From IMG/VR virus record IMGVR_UViG_3300022594_000001: 64,000 bases of DNA; one strand, 5' to 3'. Shown here one piece after another: positions 45,988 to 56,993 of the stretch (position 1 is the stretch's first letter; every line of letters starts with the position of its first letter). Below the pieces are notes generated by a model. It was given only the letters and a program-made list of their open reading frames with translations, had not been told where the DNA came from and did no database searches. The position numbers and the translations under genes are program-made. Source of the DNA: a virus (taxonomy: Duplodnaviria > Caudoviricetes).

Positions 45988-48900
45988 TAATTGCTACTCC
46001 CGTAATTCGAACTTGTAATTGTTTGTTGTGATGAAATATTAGATGTCACTGTTGTACCTGCAATTGCTTTAATTCCACTTGCAGTAATTCCAGAAATGAT
46101 TTCTACATCATTAACTGTTGCGCTGCTAATAAAAAGCTCATCGCTTCCAGATTTAATTTCAAATAAGCTACCAAAACTTAATCCATTTTGCTTTGGTACA
46201 ATAACAAAACTAGAAATGTCTGGACTTAGTTGTGTGACAACATATGTAGATAATTCAGTAAAATAAAATGTATCGCCAAAATCCCAGTTGTTTAAGGAAA
46301 AGAACTGGTTAATTGCACTAATAACTCGTGCCTTAATATCGTTATCTGATACTACTTGACTGCTATTTTTAACTACTTTAAATGTTGCTTGTAACTCAGG
46401 TGTTGCTGAGTCACCAAATAATAATTTGTACTTAACTGGATGATAAATGATTTCGTCGCTCACTGATTTTATTAAATTTAAATTAGGAGACAACATGTCA
46501 TATAACTCATCAGTACCCGGAGGTAAAGGTTCTGTAGTTATGGAACCAGCAATCCATTGTCTAAACATAGTGTCATATTGTTTAGTTAAAACATAAACAT
46601 CAATAATATTGCTTGCGCCAGAATCAATTCTTGAATTATAATCAGCACTGTGTATATACTGGAATTTTAATCCACTTCTTCCTTGGTATACTTTATAATC
46701 AAGCGTTGCAGAGAACACGCCGGTCGATGCGGCGTACTGCATTACAACACCAGTAGTTGTAAAATAAAAATATTGCCCGTCAGTTTTTTCAAGATACGTT
46801 ACATTTTCTTTTCTATCTTTAATAATAACTGGTCCAGTTACTGGATCATTTGAAACATACTTGTAATCTTCTTGTCCGGTTGTTATTAAATATTTTTGTT
46901 GAATAATGTATTTTGTTGTTGGCAGGTAAGAAGGTTGAACAATGTTTAAAAACACTTCTGGGTTATCAACTACGCCGTCATCGTCAGTATCTGCAAAAGA
47001 TACAACTAATTTTTTAGTATCAACATATCCGTCTAGTCCAACATACTCGCTAATAATATCCCATTTTTGATCCACAGTAAATGGTGATGTGCCCATTGGC
47101 TCAAGGCTGCTTGTTGGTTTTGTGTTAATACTTAAAACGTTGATGACGTCTTTAACTACTGTTTCTGTTCGAGTATCATAAATTTTTCTTGAAGAGTCAA
47201 AGTAAAATCTAATTTGTGCATCGCTTTCAAATATATAACGCTGTTCTCTAGATGTAACAGTGTAAGAAATATTATCAGTAGTAAACAATAACATCCAACT
47301 TGAGTCTTGTTGTTGATTGCTATTATCGCCTTGTTTAGTTAGACTAAAATCACTAGACGAATCTAAATTTACTTCAAAGATAATTTGCCATGATTGAGTT
47401 GATGCATTGTAGCTTAATCCAAATGGCTTGTTAGCAAAAATTAAATCAATCATTGTTGTAATGACTGTGCTATCAATAACTGTTCTCCACTTTGGAATAA
47501 CTTGCGAAACGATTGCACTTGTTGGAACTTCTGTGTTAAGTGTAATGGCTCCAAAGCCAACAGCAGTAACACCGGTATTACTAACACCAGTTCCGTCGTT
47601 TACTACAGAAACTACTTCTGCCCAGATACTAGTCACTGCTCCGGCAGGAGTTGCATCACCTAATACTAGTGCGTTTGATTTTGCTGTATCAAAGTAATAC
47701 CCTGTTGGTGCAGTAAATTTAACTAAAGATCCAGAAGTAATATATTTTAAACCAGTATTAGTGTACGATCCTACTTTATAAACTGTAGAACTGCTAATAC
47801 CGTTAATGTAACCAGTTGACGAATTTGTATCGTCTGTTACTCGGATCCATTCAATGTTTAATAAACTTTCAGAAATTAAATTAATATAATTTGAATAGTA
47901 AAAGTTTCTTAGATTCTTTCTTTTTAGGACATCAAATATAGTGTTATAAACAATGCCTTCAATATCTGTTTTAACGGTATAACTAAAATTAGTTTGATTT
48001 AAATAATTTTCTAAGTACACTACTCCGTCATCAGCAAATAAATTTGTAGAACTGTATTTGCCGGTTGGATCAATTAAGTCAAAGTAACGGCTAATCCCGC
48101 TGCTTGTTCTATTAATAGATTTAATCTTAGATACTAGATTGTTTGCAGACAACGGACTAATATTATAGTCTTCGCCTGTAATCATTCTGTTTTGTGTATA
48201 GAATGTTGCAGGTGCATTTGCCTTAATACTAGCATTCGATTCAGTAACTGTTGCATTGGAAACACTAGTTGCTAAATTCATAGTAACTGTTAATGTTTCA
48301 ACTTGGTTAGTTGCAGATACATAAGGGAATGATATTGATACATTTCTGACATCAGAAGTATTAATAGTATATGCTAGCCCGTTACTAACACGATAATATG
48401 TTCGGAAAGTTCCTAATGGAAGATTACCAAATGTGCCGTCGCTAAATTGTAAACTAACTGCATCATTGGTGCGAGTTAATACTGCAAAAATATTTTTAAT
48501 ATTTTTATTAACACTGTTATAAATGATGTTATTTGATTCAAAGTTTGATACGGCGGTCCACTCTTCTGACTCTAAGCCGTTTGTGTCTAACTTGTATAAC
48601 CAAACATCATCGTTATTAATATTTTGTGCATCAATGTCAATTGACTGATTGCTGCTAGGTTGTGTAACTGTAAATGTTCCAGTGTTTAATGTACCTTGAA
48701 CAAATCTTAAAAAGAATCCGTTGCCAGGACTGCTTGCACCTTTACCGTCATCTCTGTACACACAGTTTAACTGATTTCCTACTTTTGGAGCGTCTTCATA
48801 TATAAAAGTTTGTCCGCTGAATGTTGTACTAACAATTTCAAAATTCATAGGGCGACCGGCTACTGTTTTTGTAAAACTAAAAACAGGAATGCCAGATGTT

Positions 48901-49475
48901 GCGCTATTAAATGTATACTGAGAAGTTGGTATTCCGTAAATTGTTGCAGAATCTGCAGGATTTCCAAACTGTTGAATTTGCGGGAAACTTGCGTTCATTA
49001 CCTTAATGAACTGATCGTACCAGTTAGAGTTAGACGGATCATTCCATCCGATAACTTGATTTGATAAATTTCTGCCGTTGCTATCAAGAACGTTTTCAGT
49101 AGTGCTAATAGTATTGAACTTTAATAGTCCGCTGCCAGCAGTAGTACGTTTAGCGTTGTAGCTAATTAATCGGGCAAGGCGTAGGACACTATCACGGCGC
49201 TCTGCTAGCTCTAAAAAGTTTTCACGAGCATTTAAATCAACACGGAAAGCTATGCTTTGGCCCAAGAATGCTATCAAATCTATAAGGGCAAGGTATTCGC
49301 TAGACTCGATATAATCGTTAAAATCTTCTGGAAAATTAACTCGAATATAGTCAATCATAGAACGGCGTAAATTTTCAAAGTCATAGCTTTGAAAATCAGC
49401 ATTTCGGAAACTTTGATAAATTTTCTTCCAGTCTTCTGCGACTAATAGTCTGTTTTGTCTAGTTGTTACGCTCAT
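45987..49475 (-). CDS. Baseplate wedge subunit (T4 gp6-like)
   Basis: SYDFENLRRSMIDY, DFNDYIESS, NARENFLELAERRDSVLRLA..ISY, QNRMITGEDY. Confidence 0.85.
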   Translation of the reverse strand: MSVTTRQNRLLVAEDWKKIYQSFRNADFQSYDFENLRRSMIDYIRVNFPEDFNDYIESSEYLALIDLIAFLGQSIAFRVDLNARENFLELAERRDSVLRLARLISYNAKRTTAGSGLLKFNTISTTENVLDSNGRNLSNQVIGWNDPSNSNWYDQFIKVMNASFPQIQQFGNPADSATIYGIPTSQYTFNSATSGIPVFSFTKTVAGRPMNFEIVSTTFSGQTFIYEDAPKVGNQLNCVYRDDGKGASSPGNGFFLRFVQGTLNTGTFTVTQPSSNQSIDIDAQNINNDDVWLYKLDTNGLESEEWTAVSNFESNNIIYNSVNKNIKNIFAVLTRTNDAVSLQFSDGTFGNLPLGTFRTYYRVSNGLAYTINTSDVRNVSISFPYVSATNQVETLTVTMNLATSVSNATVTESNASIKANAPATFYTQNRMITGEDYNISPLSANNLVSKIKSINRTSSGISRYFDLIDPTGKYSSTNLFADDGVVYLENYLNQTNFSYTVKTDIEGIVYNTIFDVLKRKNLRNFYYSNYINLISESLLNIEWIRVTDDTNSSTGYINGISSSTVYKVGSYTNTGLKYITSGSLVKFTAPTGYYFDTAKSNALVLGDATPAGAVTSIWAEVVSVVNDGTGVSNTGVTAVGFGAITLNTEVPTSAIVSQVIPKWRTVIDSTVITTMIDLIFANKPFGLSYNASTQSWQIIFEVNLDSSSDFSLTKQGDNSNQQQDSSWMLLFTTDNISYTVTSREQRYIFESDAQIRFYFDSSRKIYDTRTETVVKDVINVLSINTKPTSSLEPMGTSPFTVDQKWDIISEYVGLDGYVDTKKLVVSFADTDDDGVVDNPEVFLNIVQPSYLPTTKYIIQQKYLITTGQEDYKYVSNDPVTGPVIIKDRKENVTYLEKTDGQYFYFTTTGVVMQYAASTGVFSATLDYKVYQGRSGLKFQYIHSADYNSRIDSGASNIIDVYVLTKQYDTMFRQWIAGSITTEPLPPGTDELYDMLSPNLNLIKSVSDEIIYHPVKYKLLFGDSATPELQATFKVVKNSSQVVSDNDIKARVISAINQFFSLNNWDFGDTFYFTELSTYVVTQLSPDISSFVIVPKQNGLSFGSLFEIKSGSDELFISSATVNDVEIISGITASGIKAIAGTTVTSNISSQQTITSSNYGSSN

Positions 49476-49493
49476 GATTTGTCCTAATAATGA

Positions 49494-49500
49494 TATTTAT
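49494..49500 (-). promoter_or_regulatory. Late promoter GATAAATA
   Basis: tatttatc 19 nt upstream of ATG 49475. Confidence 0.65.
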
Positions 49501-49522
49501 CGAATAAAATTATGTGCGTATT

Positions 49523-49963
49523 TTATAATAACATTCCGTTTGCTTGATCAAAACGCACTTGCATGGCTTGACTAACATTGTACGGAAGATAAGTTAGCAC
49601 ACATTCAAGCTGGATTCCAGATTCATAACTAGTAACCATAACTTGATTTGCTTGAACTCGAGGGTCGTAGTTAATAATTCTATTAACATTTTCAATAATT
49701 GCATTTTGCACTTCGGCAGTTAGTGGCTCATACAAGAAGTCCCAAATAACACAACCAAACTCTGGATTCATTAAACGCTCACCTTGACGAGTGTTAAAAT
49801 GATTTAATATATCTTGTTGTATTAGATAAAAATCGTACAAATTAAAATTTTCAGATTTAGAATTAATTGTACTAAAACCCCTGTACATTTTTGGTGTAGG
49901 CGGAGTTCCGTTGATTGCAGGGTTTAAAACAATCTTATTGTATAAGTTTGTATTAGAAGTCAT
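49523..49963 (-). CDS. Baseplate wedge subunit (T4 gp25-like)
   Basis: FNTRQGERLMNPEFGC..WDFLYEPL, YDPRV. Confidence 0.85.
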   Translation of the reverse strand: MTSNTNLYNKIVLNPAINGTPPTPKMYRGFSTINSKSENFNLYDFYLIQQDILNHFNTRQGERLMNPEFGCVIWDFLYEPLTAEVQNAIIENVNRIINYDPRVQANQVMVTSYESGIQLECVLTYLPYNVSQAMQVRFDQANGMLL

Positions 49964-51321
49964 TATTGTGTCTCCGCAGGTTTAACCTGTTCAAATGTAT
50001 CAGTTACTGTTGTATATTGTTTAAATGCTGTCGGACTTGGCTCAGTAGGCGAATCTGATGCTTGAGTAGCGTCAGGAGTAAAGCTAGCAGGATCTAAGTT
50101 TTCATGCCCTGCCCAAGGTTCAGTTTGTGGAACTCTGTTTGTTTTGCTTGCAGGCACTGCCTTTCCTGAATTTAAATGAATTTCGCCGCCATCAATGTTT
50201 GTGTTAGCAGCAAGAACTTCTAAATTTCCGTTAGGATTTAGTTTAATAGCTCCGCCAATGTTTACGTTCATATCACCCAATGCTGTAAAATTAATATCTC
50301 TATCAGCAGTGAAATTTAAATCATTTTCAGAGTGAACACTAATGCTGTCTTTAGAATATATGTCTATCTTTCCATTACTAGTCATTTCAATCCAAGCTGT
50401 GCCTCGACTATTAGTAATATAAATTAAGTCTTCGCTATTGTGTAATAAAATCTGATGCCCGGTGCGTGTGCGAATTCTAAACAATTCATTATGAGGAATT
50501 GTAGGATCTCCACCGTCTTCGCCTTGTTCAATTGCGGCGTATTCCGGAGGACCATCGCCGGCTTTAGTTTTACGTAAAAATTTATCGTCGCCGTCATCCA
50601 TAACAAATGTTGTTCCGCCTAGGCGGCTAACAAATGTGTTAATTTTCTCATCGCCTTTACCAACTTTACCTTTTTTAGCATTACTTCGTTTGTCAACTGG
50701 TCCAGGAGTTGATATTCCAAAAACTGCACTTGGAACTTCACGACGTGCGCTACTTGTTGTTATACCTCGAATATCATCGTTAAGTAATCCCTGTGCCTCT
50801 AGTACATCTGCAAGGGGATGCGTAGGTTTTTTAATTTTTGTAGCATTAGTAACTTGAGAAGTAACGGCTTTGTTGTATTCAGCTACCGGAACTCTTCCGC
50901 TGCCATCAGTTGAAAATTTTGTAGCAGCAATACCAGGAACCATAAAATTCATATTTTCATCAGGTACACAACCTATCCAATAACCCATCTTAGGATTATT
51001 GTCAACAAAGATTACCATAACTGTTGTACCTACATCGGGAGGTATTGCCCACCAACCATAACTTTTTTGTGTGTTATTATAGTCGTCTGGGTCTTCGGCA
51101 ACAAAGTCAACACTAGTTACTCCATAGAAGGGACTCATGTATTTGACTGTATGCAGTTGCCCAGCATCGTCTGATCCACCGACTACACGAAGTAATCGAA
51201 CTTCTAACATTCCCATATAGGTCGGATCAAGGTGACTAACAACTTTAGCTAAGTACGGACCTGATTTAAATTCCGTTTGCGTTGCTGCTATTGTGTCTAC
51301 GTTATTATCTGTTTGCGCCAT
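49963..51321 (-). CDS. Baseplate hub/spike protein (gp5/VgrG-like OB fold plus beta-helix)
   Basis: DPTYMGMLEVR, PPDVGTTVMV, YWIGC, RTRTGHQILLH, AWIEMTSNGKIDI; no lysozyme domain seen. Confidence 0.75.
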   Translation of the reverse strand: MAQTDNNVDTIAATQTEFKSGPYLAKVVSHLDPTYMGMLEVRLLRVVGGSDDAGQLHTVKYMSPFYGVTSVDFVAEDPDDYNNTQKSYGWWAIPPDVGTTVMVIFVDNNPKMGYWIGCVPDENMNFMVPGIAATKFSTDGSGRVPVAEYNKAVTSQVTNATKIKKPTHPLADVLEAQGLLNDDIRGITTSSARREVPSAVFGISTPGPVDKRSNAKKGKVGKGDEKINTFVSRLGGTTFVMDDGDDKFLRKTKAGDGPPEYAAIEQGEDGGDPTIPHNELFRIRTRTGHQILLHNSEDLIYITNSRGTAWIEMTSNGKIDIYSKDSISVHSENDLNFTADRDINFTALGDMNVNIGGAIKLNPNGNLEVLAANTNIDGGEIHLNSGKAVPASKTNRVPQTEPWAGHENLDPASFTPDATQASDSPTEPSPTAFKQYTTVTDTFEQVKPAETQ

Positions 51322-53720
51322 TATGTTCCACTTTGTTCTTGATTATTATTAGATCCGCCGTAATCTGCTGCCGAATCTGGCATCGATACTTGCGTTGCAC
51401 TACTAGTAACAGATTGAATTGCTGACGAAATACTTGACCCGACTGATGAAATCGCTGACGAAACTTTGCCAGCAACATCTGATACTATATCTGGAATGTT
51501 TGAACTTAGTCCGCCTTGTGCAGTCGGCGTTGCATTTGATTCGTACATCTTGCGTCGTGATCCATGCAGGGTTTGTCTAAACTCACCTTGTCTAAAATGA
51601 TTTGTCACTGTAATGATACGATATAATCCTTTAAATCCAATTGCTCCATCTGAATTCGCACCAAGTCCGCCTGCATATCCAAACGATTTAAAATCGTATA
51701 GGCCGGTTGTTTGATTAATGTCTAATGGGTTTTTAAAATTAACAAAGATATCCACTTCAGTATTTTGCCAGTTAACTGACCCACAAGATGTTAGGTATCT
51801 CGACATAGGCGCTTGTTTAGCTGTGTAATTTCCCATTCCACTGTTAACAATCCAATACGGGTCACCAACGATTTCCATATTCAAGACAAGCATATCTAAC
51901 GGTGTTGTAATAGCCTGATGCCATGATTTAGCAGCACGATTAATTTCCGAGTCCTTGCCGCCTCCGCCAACTCCGTCGCTAGGTGTTGAAGTTCCAGATG
52001 CTTTAGTACTAGTGTTTCCAACACCAGGTTCTGTTGAAGGTGTGTTCCCAGGAGGATTTTGATTAACTGTTTTTTGTTCTTCGTTTTGTCCGCCGCCAGA
52101 TTTTGTTGTAAGAACATCAACGTTTTGTCTTCCGCCATCTGCTGCTAGTACGTTTGCAAAACTAATACTAAAATCTATATCAAATTTAATAATTTCGGTA
52201 TTTTTACCAGTGAAGATATAGTCGTAATTTTTACAAACTTGTTTCTTCATTTTATCAAATCCAACAGTCTTTTGGTTAACTGAAGCTGCTGTACTAGAAT
52301 GAGTGTCGTACGGTACAACTCGGTAAACAATTACCTTTGGCACTGTACCTGTTGTCTTCATGTTTTCTTTACTGTCAATGTAATAAACCTGTGTGTCAAT
52401 TCTCCACCAAGGTTTAAATCCGTCTTTTTGATTGTCAGTGTCTAATGCCGTTGATGGATAATCACTTGCTAACATTACTGTGTTAATGACCGTTGGAATA
52501 TCTACGTTTTGTGCAAAGCGTAAACTACCTTCTGCAGGATTTGTAATAACATCGCCGCGGGTCCATACTCCATTTTTAAGAACAGCAGTTTCTTTCGATG
52601 TTGTTGCATCGCCCATTCTAGAAAGATCATAACCCATACTGGCTGATCCTAATCTGTTTGTTTGTCCTTCTGCCTGGACATGGGTTTGATTTGTTGAACT
52701 TTCAATTACACCTAGTTTGCTAAAAACAGAACTGGCGCTAGAAGATAGCCCTGGATTAATTGTTGCTGTAGTGTTAGGTACTTGTCCACTAAATGATGAT
52801 CCCGAACCTGCGCTAGAAATATCTGTTGGGAATAAAATAACAACTTCGTCAGCAACTTTCTTGTCTTTGTTGTTTACTGCTTCTTTTAATTTTTTATTAA
52901 TAACGGCTTGTAAACTTTGTTCTCCAGTTTGTAAAACTTCTTGTACTGTTTTACCTTTAATTGTCATGTCTGTTTTTAAACTAGCATGTTCTACAGTTAA
53001 TGCTTGCGCATGTGTAGCATAGGCGTTAAACGCATATGTAGATCCTTGTTCGTTTGCTTTAAAAAGCATCTTTGTAAGTTTAATAGGAATATGTCGAGTA
53101 GAATTCGGAACTGTAGACATTGTGCCGTTTTCTTTGTTTCCTCTAAATTCAATAGTGAGTAGAAAAGGTGCTTCGCGCCAGTTTCTCCAACCTTGTTTAT
53201 TTGCTGCTGTTTGTAACGCTAAAGGAAACATACCTAAACTATAAGGTTCAAAAATATCAAACTGAACTGTAGTTACATTAGTTGCTTTAGCAGATTTTAA
53301 TCCAATTGCTGTTTCAAATTTAAGATTATCTAAATAAAATTCAAACTTACCAAATTTTGTCTGTATTCTGTTATTAGGATCTTTACTTGCAGTTGCACAA
53401 ATGATAGGTAAACGTTTGCCTGCCTTGTATGAAGAGTCTGGAAAATTATGATCCTTAAACGACATTGCACTTAATGTAATAACATAATCATAACTTGCAT
53501 ACGCCGAAAGTGGATTTGGCATTGGTAACTTTGTCACGCCAGCAGGATTAGATCCAATGGATCCAAGGAACGAGTTTACTGCACCCAATGCATCTGATAC
53601 TCCACTTGTAATACCAGACAACGCAGATGCTGGCCCGTCACCAATTAATGATGTAGCAGCATTAGCTGCACTATTAACTGCTGTTGTTGCTCCAGTAATT
53701 CCAGATATATCAATACCCAT
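51321..53720 (-). CDS. Baseplate hub-like structural protein
   Basis: 799 aa between gp53-like and gp5-like genes; EPYSLGMF, IVGDPYWI. Confidence 0.55.
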   Translation of the reverse strand: MGIDISGITGATTAVNSAANAATSLIGDGPASALSGITSGVSDALGAVNSFLGSIGSNPAGVTKLPMPNPLSAYASYDYVITLSAMSFKDHNFPDSSYKAGKRLPIICATASKDPNNRIQTKFGKFEFYLDNLKFETAIGLKSAKATNVTTVQFDIFEPYSLGMFPLALQTAANKQGWRNWREAPFLLTIEFRGNKENGTMSTVPNSTRHIPIKLTKMLFKANEQGSTYAFNAYATHAQALTVEHASLKTDMTIKGKTVQEVLQTGEQSLQAVINKKLKEAVNNKDKKVADEVVILFPTDISSAGSGSSFSGQVPNTTATINPGLSSSASSVFSKLGVIESSTNQTHVQAEGQTNRLGSASMGYDLSRMGDATTSKETAVLKNGVWTRGDVITNPAEGSLRFAQNVDIPTVINTVMLASDYPSTALDTDNQKDGFKPWWRIDTQVYYIDSKENMKTTGTVPKVIVYRVVPYDTHSSTAASVNQKTVGFDKMKKQVCKNYDYIFTGKNTEIIKFDIDFSISFANVLAADGGRQNVDVLTTKSGGGQNEEQKTVNQNPPGNTPSTEPGVGNTSTKASGTSTPSDGVGGGGKDSEINRAAKSWHQAITTPLDMLVLNMEIVGDPYWIVNSGMGNYTAKQAPMSRYLTSCGSVNWQNTEVDIFVNFKNPLDINQTTGLYDFKSFGYAGGLGANSDGAIGFKGLYRIITVTNHFRQGEFRQTLHGSRRKMYESNATPTAQGGLSSNIPDIVSDVAGKVSSAISSVGSSISSAIQSVTSSATQVSMPDSAADYGGSNNNQEQSGT

Positions 53721-53721
53721 A

Positions 53722-54024
53722 TTAAATTCCTAACACTGTTCGTAAACTACTACCTTTTGGTAGATAAATTTTTGTACCTGGTACAAAATCAAAAATTGGA
53801 TCTTGTAATACGTCTAAGTTACGCTGTGTGAATACCCACCAAAGAGCTGGATCCCCATACAATGCATACGCTAATAAATCCGGTCTGTATGCAAACTTTG
53901 CATCAATCGAATATAAGATATCGTCTGGTTCGGCACTAACTGGTCGAATAGTTAAAATGTCTAAGTAATTTTGTTTTATGTTTGTAGTAAACCAAGGACT
54001 GTTATTAGAATAGTTAGCTGTCAT
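53722..54024 (-). CDS. LysM-like baseplate protein (gp53/tail X-like)
   Basis: RPDLLAYALYGDPALWWVF. Confidence 0.75.
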   Translation of the reverse strand: MTANYSNNSPWFTTNIKQNYLDILTIRPVSAEPDDILYSIDAKFAYRPDLLAYALYGDPALWWVFTQRNLDVLQDPIFDFVPGTKIYLPKGSSLRTVLGI

Positions 54025-54026
54025 GA

Positions 54027-55052
54027 TTAAATGTATCCAAATGGGTTATTTAAATATCCACCTTGAACAAATCTATCAAGGCTAAATGTTCTAATGGAGT
54101 TTCTGCTGTACATAGGAACCAGTGTTACTGTAAACTGGCTCTTTGTCGGAACATATGCTAGTCCACCGCTAGTTGTACCGCCTAGCCCAAAAGTACCAGC
54201 AAGGTTAGCAACAGATCCAACAAAGCCAGATGCTTCGCTTACTACTCCGGCTATATCGCCAAGTGCTCCGCCAAATGCTCCGCCGAAACTTCCGCCAATC
54301 GAATCAGCTAAATTACCAACACTATCTGCAACTCCAGACACTGCACCTGCTGCACTTCCAACAACATCAGTTGAAATATAATCGCAGTCTTGTGGCAATG
54401 TAGTATTAAATGATTGAATTGCAACAGGAATATTCTTAAACACATAATTGCCATAACCGTTTAAGAATACAATCGGTGGAGGATTTCCAGCCTTTGGATC
54501 AGATCCGCTGAACATTTTAGATGCGGATCTTAAATAGTGTACACATGCAATCCAATATAGCGCCTGCGTTGGATCTTCAACGTTCATAGGCGCAGTAATA
54601 GTGATAGTTCCAGGGTCACTATTTTTATAAGCATTAAACTGAAAGTTCGTATGAACTGTACTGCCAGGAGTATATTTTGCACCAGAATTAATTGTAACTT
54701 GTGGTGTGTATGGAAATATTAGTCCGCCTGCATCAACCAATGGTTTTAATACAGGACTATTTTTAAAACTTTGCCATTTAGGAATGCTTAATCTAACTCG
54801 CCAATCGTTATCACTAGCTTCATTGCCGCCAAACATAGCAACTGCGTCCATGACATCGCCAACAGCTTCTGCTCCTTGTGATAGTCCTGTACCACTTAAT
54901 AGCTTGTCTGCTAGTCCCCCAACGCTACCACTTAATAGTCCGCTGGCTGTTCCGACTGCGTTTGTAACGGCGCCGAATGTAGCGGTTGCTGCTGTGATTG
55001 ACGATGTAATTCCCTGGCCCATTGGCGCAGAAGACGATTTGGCTCTTGTCAT
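54027..55052 (-). CDS. Tail tube-like baseplate protein (gp48/gp54-like)
   Basis: ATG at 55052 (MTRAKSS); LIFPYTPQV, NPPPIVFLNGYG..VFKNIPVAI. Confidence 0.6.
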   Translation of the reverse strand: MTRAKSSSAPMGQGITSSITAATATFGAVTNAVGTASGLLSGSVGGLADKLLSGTGLSQGAEAVGDVMDAVAMFGGNEASDNDWRVRLSIPKWQSFKNSPVLKPLVDAGGLIFPYTPQVTINSGAKYTPGSTVHTNFQFNAYKNSDPGTITITAPMNVEDPTQALYWIACVHYLRSASKMFSGSDPKAGNPPPIVFLNGYGNYVFKNIPVAIQSFNTTLPQDCDYISTDVVGSAAGAVSGVADSVGNLADSIGGSFGGAFGGALGDIAGVVSEASGFVGSVANLAGTFGLGGTTSGGLAYVPTKSQFTVTLVPMYSRNSIRTFSLDRFVQGGYLNNPFGYI

Positions 55053-55053
55053 A

Positions 55054-55082
55054 ATAAATACCCTCTTTGGCAAAGTATTTAT
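55054..55082. promoter_or_regulatory. Crossed pair of late promoters: ATAAATA on + (55054-55060) and on - (55082-55076)
   Basis: ataaata-ccctctttggcaaag-tatttat. Confidence 0.6.
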
Positions 55083-55111
55083 TTGACTTTATTATCTGCG
55101 TAGTTTATTAT
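55083..55111 (+). promoter_or_regulatory. sigma70-type promoter of the late sigma factor gene
   Basis: TTGACT(55083-55088)-17 bp-TATTAT(55106-55111). Confidence 0.7.
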
Positions 55112-55132
55112 TACAGTTCCGGAGACTCTATT

Positions 55133-55987
55133 TTGACAACAATACCAATAACAACAACCAAGGTTAATTACCTCAACAACAAGGATATGTTAGCAGAGAT
55201 ACACAGAAGCAAAAATACATACTGTAGTTTTACTAAACCTGAGTATCACCAATACGACATCATTTTACCTAGCGTAGACAAGATTAATATACGCACAATA
55301 GCAGAAGCTAAACGTAATAAGGCTAAACGTTTAGGAGACGAAGAATACGCTAGACGTAAGCGAGCAGGCGAAAAAGTTAAACAAGCCGATTGCGAAGTTG
55401 ATTACAAAAAAATCACTAAAGAAGAGTTAGTATTTAGGATTATGACATTTGATCATATTCCACTAAACACTACTCGTAAGAAGAATCCAAAAAGTCTAGC
55501 GGATCATAGAGACAAAGTAAATTTTCCTCCATTCCAGCATTTTAAATTTAATGACGAAGACGAACTAATTTGTGTTGGTAAGAGTCATTGGAAGGGAGGA
55601 ATGAAAACCGGGCATTTCGACAAAGACTGCGGGCAAATTACTAACAATCTAGCTCGCATGATGATTAAACTTTGTGAAAGGTATGCTACCCGAGGAAACG
55701 TTCGAGGTTATACCTATAATGACGAAATGAAGGGCCAAGCTATTTTACAATTAACACAAATAGGGTTACAATTTGATGAGAGCAAATCAGATAATCCGTT
55801 TGCATATTTTACAGCAGCGGTAACTAACTCGTTTGTTCGTGTTATTAATATAGAGAAGCGTAATCAAAACATTCGTGATGATATTCTTGAAATGAACGGT
55901 ATGAATCCATCATACTCACGTACAGGTCAAGGCGAACACGAAGCAGCGTTGAAGCGCCATAATGCAGAGGGCGAATCTAGTGAGTAA
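55133..55987 (+). CDS. Late-transcription sigma factor (T4 gp55-like)
   Basis: TTG 55133 after GGAG; YLNNKDML, YTYNDEM, FDESKSDNPFAYFT, IEKRNQ. Confidence 0.8.
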   Translation: MTTIPITTTKVNYLNNKDMLAEIHRSKNTYCSFTKPEYHQYDIILPSVDKINIRTIAEAKRNKAKRLGDEEYARRKRAGEKVKQADCEVDYKKITKEELVFRIMTFDHIPLNTTRKKNPKSLADHRDKVNFPPFQHFKFNDEDELICVGKSHWKGGMKTGHFDKDCGQITNNLARMMIKLCERYATRGNVRGYTYNDEMKGQAILQLTQIGLQFDESKSDNPFAYFTAAVTNSFVRVINIEKRNQNIRDDILEMNGMNPSYSRTGQGEHEAALKRHNAEGESSE

Positions 55988-56993
55988 TTTATTTAAAAAA
56001 GTAGCATGTTTCACAGACATACATTTTGGGTTGAAGTCAAACAGCAGCGTACATAATCAAGACTGCTTAGACTTTGTAGATTGGTATATTGCAAAAGCTA
56101 AGGAGGAAGGTTGTGACACTGGAATTTTTATGGGCGATTGGCATCATAATCGTAATAGTCTTAATATCACTACTATGGACTATAGCCTTAGGGCCTTGGA
56201 AAAGCTCGGTGCGGCGTTCGATCAATTTTATTTTTTCCCTGGTAATCATGATTTATATTACAAAGACAAACGGGATATTCACTCCGTTGAGTTTGGAAAA
56301 TATATTCCCGGAATTACCGTGGTACACGAACCGACTACCATTGGGGACGTTACACTCTGTCCGTGGCTTGTAGGAGAAGAGTGGAAGCAAATTGGTAAGA
56401 AACAAGCAAAATATATCTTTGGACATTTTGAACTACCACACTTTTATATGAACGCTATGGTACAGATGCCTGATACTGGAGAGATACAGTTAGATAGCTT
56501 TAATGGCTACGAATTAGGCTTTAGCGGACATTTCCATAAACGTCAAAGCAAAGGCAATATGCACTATATTGGCAATTCGTTCCCACATAACTATGCAGAT
56601 GCTTGGGATGATGATCGTGGTATGATGATTTTAGAATGGGGTGGTGAACCAGAATACTACTCGTGGCCAGGACAACCTACTTTTAGGACAACAACACTTA
56701 GTAGGTTAATTGATGAAGCAGATACATTAATACTACCAAAGCAACATCTTCGAGTTACTTTAGATATCGATATTACCTACGAAGAAGCAAGCTTCATTAA
56801 AGAAAACTTTATTGCCAACTATGATATTAGAGAACTTACACTGATTGCTGAAAAGAAAGCTGTCGAAATTAATACAGACATCGACATTCAAACTTTCGAG
56901 TCGGTTGACCAGATTGTAAGTAACCAATTAGTCAGCATTGAGAGTGACACGTACGATAGAAATGTGTTACTATCAATATATAACAGCCTATGA
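55980..56993 (+). CDS. Mre11/SbcD-like recombination nuclease (T4 gp47-like)
   Basis: GTG 55980; FTDIHFG, GDWHH, PGNHD, GHFE, SGHFH. Confidence 0.92.
   Translation: MSNLFKKVACFTDIHFGLKSNSSVHNQDCLDFVDWYIAKAKEEGCDTGIFMGDWHHNRNSLNITTMDYSLRALEKLGAAFDQFYFFPGNHDLYYKDKRDIHSVEFGKYIPGITVVHEPTTIGDVTLCPWLVGEEWKQIGKKQAKYIFGHFELPHFYMNAMVQMPDTGEIQLDSFNGYELGFSGHFHKRQSKGNMHYIGNSFPHNYADAWDDDRGMMILEWGGEPEYYSWPGQPTFRTTTLSRLIDEADTLILPKQHLRVTLDIDITYEEASFIKENFIANYDIRELTLIAEKKAVEINTDIDIQTFESVDQIVSNQLVSIESDTYDRNVLLSIYNSL

Noticed and set aside
49963-51321. Tail lysozyme domain in the gp5-like protein
   Set aside because: No T4-lysozyme E-x8-D-x5-T or other muralytic motif recognised
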